49,018 nucleotides of DNA from an uncultured Gammaproteobacteria bacterium (GCA_964599625.1 CAZRGC010000001.1:1-49018); one strand, 5' to 3'. Positions 18,124 through 27,088 are shown, numbered from the stretch's first letter. The notes: generated by a model not told the origin, from the letters alone. Program-made: numbers and translations.

Positions 18124-18797
18124 ACCTGATTTTTTTATTGCTTTCTTTGTTTATTCTTTTTGTCACACAGCGTTTTATCTCCAGGGAGATTTCTTTTTCG
18201 ATTCAGCGTTTGGGCGGAGGCAAGAAACACTTTGTTGATTTTTGTAGTGCGTTTTTTCTTCCCGGAACACTTTTACATGAAGTTTCTCATCTTCTTGTTG
18301 CGGCGGCTTTGAATGTAAGGACCGGCGAGGTAAAAATCCTTCCGGAATTTATAGAAACATTTGAAGACAACGAAGAAAGAATTAAAATGGGTTCTGTGCA
18401 AGTTGCAAAAATGAACCCTATTCAGGGGTTTTTTGTAGGTTTTGCACCATTTATAACCGGAATCGGTTTTTTGGTATGGATGGCTTCCTTAATTGGATCC
18501 TTTTATATTGTTAAGAATTATTTTTTGCTGGCTATTTGCTTATATTTATTTTTTACTGTCGCCAATTCTTTTTTCCCGAGCAAAGAAGATGTAAAACACA
18601 CGCTTCCAATGGTGATTATTTCGTTGGCTGTGATTATTGCTGCCTGGGTTGTAGGAATACGATTTTCTTTTTCGCCCCCGCCTTTTATAACAGAAAGTTT
18701 AAGAGTATTGGCAAATACATTTATGATTAGCGCGATTCTGAATATAGCAATACTTATCCCACTGTTTATACTTAATAGAAGACGTTTTGGAAAATGA
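18120..18797 (+). CDS. polytopic membrane protein with HExxH motif (putative zincin-like metallopeptidase)
   Basis: LLHEVSHLLVAAAL lies next to a TM helix. The GTG start overlaps the upstream TGA (GTGA). Confidence 0.4.
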   Translation: MNLIFLLLSLFILFVTQRFISREISFSIQRLGGGKKHFVDFCSAFFLPGTLLHEVSHLLVAAALNVRTGEVKILPEFIETFEDNEERIKMGSVQVAKMNPIQGFFVGFAPFITGIGFLVWMASLIGSFYIVKNYFLLAICLYLFFTVANSFFPSKEDVKHTLPMVIISLAVIIAAWVVGIRFSFSPPPFITESLRVLANTFMISAILNIAILIPLFILNRRRFGK

Positions 18798-19390
18798 AAA
18801 ATATGAGAACCGGGAACATAAGAAAAAAGATTCTCTCACTTGCTTACTTTGGTGTCTTTTACAATCTGGCTGAAGGGATTATTTCTGTATATTTGGGGCA
18901 TGGTTACAATAGTATCTCATTGGTAGGTTTTGGTTTGGACAGTTTTATTGAATCTGTTTCAAGCATAATACTTATTATTCATCATGGAATAATAAATTCA
19001 GGTGAGGAAAAAGACGAAGCAAAAGCGGCAAAGGCAATAGGAGCTACACTTTTTATAGTTGCGATATACACACTTTGGGAATCGGTAGAACGGTTGATAA
19101 ATAACAACCTGCCCGACAGAAATTTGTTTGGCTTCGTCATAACATTAGTATCTGTTTTTGTCATGGTTTACATATATAAGGCCAAATACGAACTTGGCAA
19201 AAAATACAAAGTAAAAACACTGATAGCAGATTCCAAACAAACTTTGGCATGTATTTACCTTTCTGTATCTGTTCTTGCGGGACTTTTCTTGTACAACTTC
19301 TTGGGTATTTGGTGGGCCGATTCCGCGGCTGGGGTTGTGGTTTCTGTGTTTCTTTTTGTAGAAGGATACAAAACTTTTTTGGAATCTTAG
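18794..19390 (+). CDS. short cation-efflux (CDF-like) membrane protein lacking the cytoplasmic domain
   Basis: YNLAEGIISVYLG..SISLVGFGLDSFIESVSS resembles the CDF TM1-2 region. Six hydrophobic segments. ATGA start/stop overlap with the upstream gene. Confidence 0.5.
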   Translation: MKNMRTGNIRKKILSLAYFGVFYNLAEGIISVYLGHGYNSISLVGFGLDSFIESVSSIILIIHHGIINSGEEKDEAKAAKAIGATLFIVAIYTLWESVERLINNNLPDRNLFGFVITLVSVFVMVYIYKAKYELGKKYKVKTLIADSKQTLACIYLSVSVLAGLFLYNFLGIWWADSAAGVVVSVFLFVEGYKTFLES

Positions 19391-19409
19391 TTGGTGATAT
19401 CATAATCCC

Positions 19410-20285
19410 ATGGCCGAACCACAAGCTGAAACAGAGTATGCAAAAAAACCGGTCGAGGTAAGACTTCAGGATGATATTCCTCTTAAGCCAAATGAGTTTG
19501 TTTTTAACGGAGGTCAATTTAACGAGTTAAAAAATATCAACCCGATTGTGGTGGATGCCAAGGCGATGACAGTTTACAAAGTCACATCCGAAAGCGATCA
19601 GGGAAAGGTGATTGATCCATTCGAAATGGCAACGCTTAATATGTCCACCTTCACCGATTCCTTACTTGTCCACAACACAGACTTTACAAAAGATTTTTTG
19701 GGTGTAGTTATAGGACAAATTAAAAATGACATAAATACTGCCATGGCACGCAAAACTTTTGTGGATTTTAAGATTGATAAAAATAAACTCAGATTAATAA
19801 GAAGCCAAAGGTTGATGGTTAATAACATTAAGTCTGCCCAGCTACTACTTGGAAAGCTTGACACACTAGGTATTACAAAAGGTGATGATTTTAAGGAGCT
19901 CCTGACACAATTTGAAGAACAGATAACAACCTCCAAAAAGTTATTTGTAGATGGACAAGGATTTAAGACAAAACTTGAAGATGATGAAGGCGACAAAAAG
20001 AAGCTTGTTTTTAGTATTGAAAGCGATGGCGAAGAAAAAAAACTGGATCAAAAAGAACTTAATTTGAGTTTCCAGGAAATTACATACAGAGATGGAAGCC
20101 TTTTCGCCAAAGGCGACACAGCCTCAAGGAAAAGAAGCGGGCCTTGGGAGTGGTATAGGCGCGACGGGTCCCTAATAAGGAAGGGCGACTACCACCTGGC
20201 ATCAAGAACAGGTGTGTGGACATGGTTTGATAGACAGGGAAATATAACAAAAACAGTAGACTACGGCGACAAAACCAAAAAGTGA
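19410..20285 (+). CDS. hypothetical protein with C-terminal MORN-variant (YwqK-like) repeats
   Basis: YRDGSLFAKGD..SGPWEWYRRDGSLIRKGDY..TGVWTWFDRQGNITKTVDY. Confidence 0.55.
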   Translation: MAEPQAETEYAKKPVEVRLQDDIPLKPNEFVFNGGQFNELKNINPIVVDAKAMTVYKVTSESDQGKVIDPFEMATLNMSTFTDSLLVHNTDFTKDFLGVVIGQIKNDINTAMARKTFVDFKIDKNKLRLIRSQRLMVNNIKSAQLLLGKLDTLGITKGDDFKELLTQFEEQITTSKKLFVDGQGFKTKLEDDEGDKKKLVFSIESDGEEKKLDQKELNLSFQEITYRDGSLFAKGDTASRKRSGPWEWYRRDGSLIRKGDYHLASRTGVWTWFDRQGNITKTVDYGDKTKK

Positions 20286-20641
20286 GAGAATTCTTAACCG
20301 ACAAAGAAAAGACTCTAAAGATGGCCAAGGCTTTGTCGGATCTTCTGGAAAACAAATTCAAGATCTGGAAATTCAGTTTTGGACTGGACCCGATATTTGG
20401 AATTGTTCCCATATTGGGTGACATTGTCCCTGCTTTGGTGTCGCTTTTTATAATTTATGTAGCAATTCTTCATAAAGTAAAAACTCAAAAAATAATAATG
20501 ATGCTTTTGTATATTTTCCTGGATTTTTGGGCGGGTGCAATGCCTGTTCTTGGGAACGTGGTGGACTTTTTGCTTAAATCCAATACTGTTAATATCAAAA
20601 TAATTGAAGATGAAATTTATGGGGGTGACAAAATAAAATGA
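20282..20641 (+). CDS. DUF4112 family membrane protein
   Basis: LENKFKIWKFSFGLDPIFGIVPILGDIVPALVSLFIIY matches the DUF4112 core. The GTG start overlaps the upstream stop; an alternative ATG lies at 20321. Confidence 0.65.
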   Translation: MREFLTDKEKTLKMAKALSDLLENKFKIWKFSFGLDPIFGIVPILGDIVPALVSLFIIYVAILHKVKTQKIIMMLLYIFLDFWAGAMPVLGNVVDFLLKSNTVNIKIIEDEIYGGDKIK

Positions 20642-20884
20642 AGTGTTAATATAAATTATGAGGAGTAGCCTTATCGACTATCTTCCAACAATAATATTTT
20701 TTATTATTTTTATTTTTACGATTATTGTCTACGAGAAAGGCAATGTCTCCAAGAGTTTAAAAAGTAGTCTAAATACCCCCATAGCACTTCGTCATCAGAA
20801 TTTGAGATGAGTTTATTTCGCAATTTTTGTATAATTACCGGATAGCCGTTTCGTTCTTCGGTTTTTTTTGGTTCGCATTTGGAT

Positions 20885-22651
20885 ATGAAAAACATTTTAA
20901 AAATTATTGCTGTTTCAAAGCCTCTTTATAAGACGTTGGTGATCATTGCCGCCTTGATTGTAATGTCTGCTGCGCTGGAACTGGCTTCTCCTTTAGTCTC
21001 CAAACTTATCGTAGACAATATAGTTTCACAAGTTTCTTCGGGATCGGGGAATTTTAGTTCCCTTACCAACTTGATAATTTTGACTTTTGCGCTTAATTTT
21101 TTGGGGATTGTAGTTTCGGGACTTTCGGATCGCATGGGGGATCACTTTGCAGGATCTCAGCGTAAATTTTTGACAGAAAAGTTCTACAACAAAATTCTTT
21201 CTTTGCCGCAATCATATTTTGATTCAGAAATATCCGGAAAAATTGTTAACCAGCTTAGCCGAGGAATTTCGACAATCCAGGGTTTTACAAACGCTTCCAC
21301 AAATTTTATCCTTCCTTCATTTTTGCAAAGCCTATTTATTGTTATAGTTCTATCGCGCTATAACGTTACAATTGCATTTTGTGTTTTTATACTTTTTCCG
21401 ATTTATCTGATTTTGTCGTACTACTCATCGTTGCAATGGGGAAAATATGAAGTTCAGAAAAACAAAATAGAGGATACTCTTCGCGGCAGAATCCAAGAAA
21501 TTATTGCAAACATAAGAATTGTAAAAGGATTTCTGACGGAAAAATCCGAATTTATTTTTGCCGGTGACAGGTTGTCGGAAATAAACAAAATTTTTGCCAA
21601 ACAAAGCACCACATATCATCTTATTGATTTTGGGCGAAATTTGAGCCTTATTCTTATACTTTTGGGAATAAACATTTTGGTTTTTTACAAAACATTCCAC
21701 GGAGAGATGTCGTTGGGTGTAATGGTACTCATCATTCAGCTTGTTATGCAAGCAAGGCGTCCATTGTTTGCCATGTCTTTTATTCTTACTCAACTACAAA
21801 ACGCCGAAAGCGGGTCGAAAGAGTTTTTTGAAATATTAGAACTTCCCGAAAAAGAAGAATTTGACGAAAGACCTGCAACACGAAAGTTTCACAAACCTTC
21901 GTTGGTTTTTAAGAATGTTTCTTTTAAATACAAGGATTCCGCTAGTGTATTAAATGGTGTAGATTTTGAGATCAAACCTTTGGAAAAGGTTGCATTAATT
22001 GGTCATTCGGGTGCAGGCAAAACCACAATAACAAACTTGATTCTTAAGCTTTATGAACCGACCGGGGGAAATATATTTATTTCCGGGAAAAGTTATAAAG
22101 ATTTGAGTTTCAAAGAAGTCAGGCAGAACATTTCTTTGGTTTTTCAGGAGAATGAACTTTTTTCAACAAGTATCAGAGAAAATGTTGCGTATGGAACACA
22201 CGCTTCGGAAAAAGAAATAGTATCAGCTCTTAAGTCTGCAAACGCTTGGGGTTTTGTGCAAAAACTTCCGCACGGTATTGATTCACACATTGGTGAGAGG
22301 GGAGTAAAGCTTTCAGGCGGACAAAAGCAGCGTATTCAGATTGCGCGGGCGATTCTTAAAAACGCACCCATCCTGATTTTGGATGAAGCGACCAGCAGTC
22401 TTGATGCAAAAAGCGAAATGGAAGTTCAGGATGCTTTGGAGAAACTGATGAAAGATAAGTTGGTTATTATTATTGCCCACAGATTTTCGACTTTGCAAAA
22501 TGTGGATCACGTTGTTGTTTTGGATGGTGGACAAATAACTCAAAAAGGAACACCCAAAGAATTGGCCGGCAAAAAGGGGGTTTATTCCGACCTTCTTAAA
22601 TACCAGATAGACGGAAATAAAAAACTTTTGGAAGGATTTGAGCTCTCCTGA
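20885..22651 (+). CDS. ABC exporter, fused permease/ATP-binding protein (MsbA/type I exporter-like)
   Basis: Six-TM domain, then Walker A GHSGAGKTT, signature LSGGQKQRIQIARA, Walker B ILILDEATS and H-loop IIIAHR. The ORF opens at a TTG (20879); the first ATG is at 20885. Confidence 0.9.
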   Translation: MKNILKIIAVSKPLYKTLVIIAALIVMSAALELASPLVSKLIVDNIVSQVSSGSGNFSSLTNLIILTFALNFLGIVVSGLSDRMGDHFAGSQRKFLTEKFYNKILSLPQSYFDSEISGKIVNQLSRGISTIQGFTNASTNFILPSFLQSLFIVIVLSRYNVTIAFCVFILFPIYLILSYYSSLQWGKYEVQKNKIEDTLRGRIQEIIANIRIVKGFLTEKSEFIFAGDRLSEINKIFAKQSTTYHLIDFGRNLSLILILLGINILVFYKTFHGEMSLGVMVLIIQLVMQARRPLFAMSFILTQLQNAESGSKEFFEILELPEKEEFDERPATRKFHKPSLVFKNVSFKYKDSASVLNGVDFEIKPLEKVALIGHSGAGKTTITNLILKLYEPTGGNIFISGKSYKDLSFKEVRQNISLVFQENELFSTSIRENVAYGTHASEKEIVSALKSANAWGFVQKLPHGIDSHIGERGVKLSGGQKQRIQIARAILKNAPILILDEATSSLDAKSEMEVQDALEKLMKDKLVIIIAHRFSTLQNVDHVVVLDGGQITQKGTPKELAGKKGVYSDLLKYQIDGNKKLLEGFELS

Positions 22652-22666
22652 TATAATTGCGGCAAT

Positions 22667-23440
22667 ATGAAATGGCCCGAGACTCTTACTTTGATGCGTC
22701 ATGACGTCTCAGATTACAACACTATAAAAAAGGTACGCGAAACAACTCCACTTTATCAGGCATTTCGTGAAGCTTATGACAAACATCCAGACGCGGAAGA
22801 AACCAAAAGGCTTGCTATAGAGGTGCATGAAACATTTTCTTTAGAGGTTCCGTCGCACGATATACCACTTACTGAAGATAAAGAAAGAAGGGCTGTCCAG
22901 GTTGGAAAGAAATTGAAAGATTATATTAAAGTACCCGAGGTTATATTTGTGTCCCCATATAAACGGACAATACAAACTTTGGATAGGGTGATGGAAGGTT
23001 GGCCAGATTTGCGCAGCGTACCAGTTATAGAAGAAGAAAGAATAAGAGAGCAAGACATGGGACTTGCTTTTCTTTTCAATGATTGGAGGGTTTTTAACAC
23101 TATTCACCCCGAGCAGCGCAAGCTCCATGATTTTCAGGGCGAATATTGGTATAGATACCCTCAAGGCGAAAACGTTCCCGATATGAGGGAGAGACTTCGG
23201 TCTTGGGTGGCAACTCTAACACGGGAATTTGCAGAGCAAAACGTTTTTGCGGTAAAACATCATTTGGGAATATTGGCACTGCGTGCCAACCTGGAACGTT
23301 TGGGAGCAAACGATTTCTTGCGAATGAATGATGAAGAAAAACCCCTCAACGCCGGGGTTACTATATATAGGGGAGATCCTGGACAGGGAAGCAATGGCCG
23401 TCTTGTTTTGGATGTTTACAATTTGAAGTTGTACGAGTAA
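22667..23440 (+). CDS. histidine phosphatase superfamily protein (PGM-like branch)
   Basis: LTLMRHDVS (the RHG motif present as RHD), FVSPYKRTIQT, and AVKHHLGILAL. Confidence 0.65.
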   Translation: MKWPETLTLMRHDVSDYNTIKKVRETTPLYQAFREAYDKHPDAEETKRLAIEVHETFSLEVPSHDIPLTEDKERRAVQVGKKLKDYIKVPEVIFVSPYKRTIQTLDRVMEGWPDLRSVPVIEEERIREQDMGLAFLFNDWRVFNTIHPEQRKLHDFQGEYWYRYPQGENVPDMRERLRSWVATLTREFAEQNVFAVKHHLGILALRANLERLGANDFLRMNDEEKPLNAGVTIYRGDPGQGSNGRLVLDVYNLKLYE

Positions 23441-23458
23441 CCCCTTAATATCTATTAA

Positions 23459-24487
23459 ATGTCATTACGGGTATTTCTTTGCAGTCCCGATTTCTTCAGA
23501 GTCGACTATTCAATAAATCCTCATATGAAACCAGGGGCCATTGACATTAAGTTGGCACGGAGACAGTGGAGAAATCTGTATTCTTTGTACAAAAGACTGG
23601 GAGTAAGAGTGGATGTAATTAAACAGAACATAAAATTTCCCGATATGGTGTTTGCTTGTGACCAGGGTGTTTCTTTCAACGGAAACGTTATTCTTTCCAA
23701 CTTTCGTTATAAAGAAAGAAAAGGTGAAACCGAATTGTATAAAAGTTTTTTTGTCCGGAAAGGATACAACGTTTTGGATATTCCAAATAAAGTTTATTTT
23801 GAAGGTTCTGGAGAGGCTTTTATACTTGGTGACAAAATATATTTGGGTTATGGCAGAAGAACCACAAAATCAGCCGCTAAATATATTAAACAGATTACGG
23901 GTAAAAAAGTAGTCGCACTAAATCTTGTCGATCCCAAATATTTTCATTTGGATACTTGTTTTTTGCCGCTAGATACAGAAACAGCCTTCTACTATCCCCC
24001 CGCTTTCGACAAAAATTCCAGACAAAAACTTAAATATGATTTTGAAAACATTTTCAGGTTTACAAAAAAGGAGGTAGAAGGTTTTGCTGCAAACAGCTTT
24101 GTGTATGGCAAAAAAATTATTGTGGGTTACAAAGATAAGATGTTTACAAAAAAGTTACGGAGTTTGGGTTACAAAGTTTACTATACAGATGTTTCTGAAT
24201 TTCTAAAAGCTGGGGGTGGTGTGCACTGTTTAACTGGAACACTGGACGAGGTTTATTGTGTTTACATCGTAAGAACAGACAAAAATACTTTATATACAGG
24301 TATAACAAACAATCTGAACAATAGATTTCAAATGCATATGTCCAAAAAAGGGTCTAAATATATGCGGTCTTTCCAGAATTTTGAATTGGTTTATAAAGAA
24401 ACGTTTGATACCAAGAGTGAGGCTTTAAAAAGAGAAATGCAAATAAAGAAAATGAGAAGGAAACAAAAAGAACGGCTTTTGGTATAA
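23459..24487 (+). CDS. amidinotransferase-fold (DDAH/arginine deiminase-like) enzyme fused to a C-terminal GIY-YIG nuclease domain
   Basis: Residues 1-264 contain FHLDTCF and the C-terminal AGGGVHCLTG catalytic-Cys motif. Residues 265-342 read YCVYIVRTDKNTLYTGITNNLNNRFQMH..GSKYMR...LVYKE.F....EALKRE.QIKK, a YhbQ-type GIY-YIG domain. There is no stop codon between the two parts. Confidence 0.7.
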   Translation: MSLRVFLCSPDFFRVDYSINPHMKPGAIDIKLARRQWRNLYSLYKRLGVRVDVIKQNIKFPDMVFACDQGVSFNGNVILSNFRYKERKGETELYKSFFVRKGYNVLDIPNKVYFEGSGEAFILGDKIYLGYGRRTTKSAAKYIKQITGKKVVALNLVDPKYFHLDTCFLPLDTETAFYYPPAFDKNSRQKLKYDFENIFRFTKKEVEGFAANSFVYGKKIIVGYKDKMFTKKLRSLGYKVYYTDVSEFLKAGGGVHCLTGTLDEVYCVYIVRTDKNTLYTGITNNLNNRFQMHMSKKGSKYMRSFQNFELVYKETFDTKSEALKREMQIKKMRRKQKERLLV

Positions 24488-24493
24488 TCAAAC

Positions 24494-25150
24494 ATGACCA
24501 AAGCAGTACTTTTTGATTTTAATGGAGTGCTTTTACAGGACAGGATTTGGCACGAAAAAGCTTGGGACGAATTATCTTTCCATTTAAGAAATAAATATCT
24601 CTCCAAAGAAGAATTCGATAAATATATTCACGGACGCATTCCCCAGGACACTTTGAACTTTTTATTGGGCCATACCGCAAGTCCAGAGGAACAAAAAGAA
24701 CATCTCGACAGAAAAGAAAATTTGTATAAAAAAATTGCACTAGATGACAAAGAAAATTTTGTTTTGACAGAAGGTGCGATTGCTTTTTTTGAGAGGCTCC
24801 AAGGAAAGGATATTTTGAAAACCATTGCAACTTCTTCACCATTGATACTTTTGGATTTTTATTTTGAAAATCTTAACTTGTCCAAATGGTTTGACAGAAA
24901 TCTTGTTGTATATAACGACGGCACGCTCCCGGGCAAACCCGCCCCCGATGTCTATTTGAAAGCCGCGGACAATTTGAAGGTGGAAATTGCCGAGTGTATG
25001 GTTATAGAAGATGCCAACTCCGGACTTGTTGCGGCAAGAAGCGCCAAAGCAGGTAAAGTAATACTTTACCTCAACGGCGAAAACCAAGGGCTTTTGCAAA
25101 AATCAGACTTTGATATTTCCGTTAAGACATTCAAAGAAATCGAATTATGA
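24494..25150 (+). CDS. HAD-IA family hydrolase (beta-phosphoglucomutase-like)
   Basis: Motif I is AVLFDFNGVL, motif II TSS, and motif IV MVIEDANSGLVAARSAKAG. Confidence 0.75.
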   Translation: MTKAVLFDFNGVLLQDRIWHEKAWDELSFHLRNKYLSKEEFDKYIHGRIPQDTLNFLLGHTASPEEQKEHLDRKENLYKKIALDDKENFVLTEGAIAFFERLQGKDILKTIATSSPLILLDFYFENLNLSKWFDRNLVVYNDGTLPGKPAPDVYLKAADNLKVEIAECMVIEDANSGLVAARSAKAGKVILYLNGENQGLLQKSDFDISVKTFKEIEL

Positions 25151-25674
25151 AAATAATCAAGGAAGTTTTTGATACCGACTTTGACCCGGGTCGCAAAATG
25201 AGTGACTGGGAAAAATATAGTGTAAGAAGGTGTTCGAGGGGAATTGTAGAAAAAGACGGGAAAATTGCGATTATGCACGTAACAAACCTTGGTTTTTACA
25301 AACTTCCCGGTGGTGGAATAAAATTCGGTGAAACAAACGAACAGGGTTTTGTAAGGGAAGTATCCGAGGAAGTGGGAGCCAGTGTTAAAATATCGTCAAA
25401 TCCTGGGGCAGTTATTGAATGGCGAGACGGCTTTAAACTTCTGCAGATAAGTTATGTTTATTTTTCTAAAGTTGTTGGTGATATAAACAAAAATAAGTTG
25501 GAAGAAGATGAAAAGGCTGACGGGTTTAGTCTTATTTGGGTGGATCCTGCCCAAGCATTGACTTTGGTTTCTTCCGGCAAGAGAGACGACTATGAGTCAA
25601 ACTTTATAATTATCAGAGACGCTGCAATTTTAGAAGAATATTTAAATACTGAAAAACCAAAAACAAATCCGTGA
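25147..25674 (+). CDS. NUDIX hydrolase
   Basis: Nudix box GGGIKFGETNEQGFVREVSEEVG. ATGA overlap with the HAD gene. Confidence 0.85.
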   Translation: MKIIKEVFDTDFDPGRKMSDWEKYSVRRCSRGIVEKDGKIAIMHVTNLGFYKLPGGGIKFGETNEQGFVREVSEEVGASVKISSNPGAVIEWRDGFKLLQISYVYFSKVVGDINKNKLEEDEKADGFSLIWVDPAQALTLVSSGKRDDYESNFIIIRDAAILEEYLNTEKPKTNP

Positions 25675-25690
25675 ATTACCAAAAGTTTGA

Positions 25691-26050
25691 TTACTCCACA
25701 ATAAGTTTTCCCGTCATGCGGTAGTGCCCCTGACCGCATACAACAGAGCAGGAAAATATGTATTCACCTTTCTCGGTTATATTTACCTTAATTTTGGTAG
25801 TCTTTGATGGGGGCAGTATTGAGCTTAGTCCGATTTTTTCAATATTGAATCCGTGGCTGTAGGAGTCGGTATTGTTTATTAAAATTTCCCAATCTTCTCC
25901 ACTTTTGATTCTAATTTCTGCCGGAGAAAAAGACCAGCTGTTCTTTGGGATTGTTACTTTTATTGACTTGGGGCTGTTGCCGGCATTTGTCTTTAATAAG
26001 CTGAAGCCTAAAATCACAAAGATTAGCCCCAAAAAAACAACTTTTTTCAT
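25691..26050 (-). CDS. membrane-anchored cupredoxin with a CuA-type (cytochrome oxidase subunit II-like) copper-binding signature
   Basis: Signal or anchor sequence, then a beta-rich domain with H66-x34-C101-x3-C105-x3-H109-x2-M112 (SHGFNIE...FSCSVVCGQGHYRM). Confidence 0.6.
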   Translation of the reverse strand: MKKVVFLGLIFVILGFSLLKTNAGNSPKSIKVTIPKNSWSFSPAEIRIKSGEDWEILINNTDSYSHGFNIEKIGLSSILPPSKTTKIKVNITEKGEYIFSCSVVCGQGHYRMTGKLIVE

Positions 26051-26077
26051 AAGATGTGTTGGTATAATTTTAATACA

Positions 26078-27088
26078 ATGCGGACAAAAATAGCTGCGGT
26101 TTTGATACTTATATTAGTTTTTTTTGGAATATATAAAACAAATGAGAGAATTTTGTTACCAGACAACCAAACCTACGAGGAGTTATTTGGAAACATCGCC
26201 AAGATAACAAAGTCGCAAGGGGTTGCCAGGGCGCATAAATTGGTGGTTCATAATTTTGAAAATGGAAATTATGACATAAACCAATGTCATTCCTTGATGC
26301 ACGTTTTAGGACATGCAGCCTACGAGTTCCAGAACAACGACTACCGAAGCTATAAAATAAAAGATTTTTCTAAGTGCATGGATGGTTTTTTACATGGGGT
26401 GGAGGCGCAAATAGTTTTGGAAGAGTTGATTGATCCCGACAGAATGTCACTTAACATTAAAAATCTTTGTGAATATGTAGGCAAAGTAAACAAGGGTGTT
26501 GAATGCTATCATGGGGCAGGGCATGCATTTTTGCAAAAAGGGTTTTCTCCAAGGTTGGCGCTTGAGCAATGCGACAAGTTGATAGCCAAAGATTCCGATG
26601 ATTGTTACAGGGGTGTGTTTAGCGAATATGTAAATTTTCTTCGCGGTGTTGATGGAGACTCTGACTCTACAATCCCGGGTGTGACGCCGATAAAACTTGA
26701 ACCGGATAAAATTTTCAGAGAATGTTTTGATTATGATTCTAAATATAGAAATTCTTGCATCTCGCAGTTTGCTGTATTTCTTAACGACCTTGACGGTTTG
26801 AAAACCCGGATTGATACATGCAATCTCTACGACCCAAATACTGCTTCAATATGTACACTGAAGGTTGGGGCAAACTATGCTGCTGATAACTTACCTAAGA
26901 TACCAGAACTAAAATTACCGGAAGGTTTTTCTAACTACAACCCTGATATCCGCCGAAGTTATATAACAGGAGTTGTGGGGCAATACTTGCACTATTTTGG
27001 AAGTGACAACAAAAAAGCCCTTTCCTTTTGCGAAAGTCTTGATATAGAAAACGACAAAAAATTTTGTTTTGGAGAAGCAGGGATTTAA
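26078..27088 (+). CDS. membrane-anchored Cys/His-rich repeat protein, unknown function
   Basis: The ATG at 26078 (MRTKIAAVLILILVFF..) is preceded by TGGTATAAT (26060-26068). Cys pairs spaced 10-13 aa apart recur (CHSLMHVLGHAAY, CYHGAGHAF, CYRGVFSEY, CISQFAVF ...). Confidence 0.5.
   Translation: MRTKIAAVLILILVFFGIYKTNERILLPDNQTYEELFGNIAKITKSQGVARAHKLVVHNFENGNYDINQCHSLMHVLGHAAYEFQNNDYRSYKIKDFSKCMDGFLHGVEAQIVLEELIDPDRMSLNIKNLCEYVGKVNKGVECYHGAGHAFLQKGFSPRLALEQCDKLIAKDSDDCYRGVFSEYVNFLRGVDGDSDSTIPGVTPIKLEPDKIFRECFDYDSKYRNSCISQFAVFLNDLDGLKTRIDTCNLYDPNTASICTLKVGANYAADNLPKIPELKLPEGFSNYNPDIRRSYITGVVGQYLHYFGSDNKKALSFCESLDIENDKKFCFGEAGI

Noticed and set aside
20658-20810. 50-aa ORF (MRSSLIDYLPTIIFFIIFIFTIIVYEKGN...) in the 243-nt gap before the ABC exporter.
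   Set aside because: It has a single hydrophobic segment in AT-rich DNA, with no -10 box at the characteristic distance, no SD and no recognisable motif. It cannot be told apart from a chance ORF without conservation or expression data.
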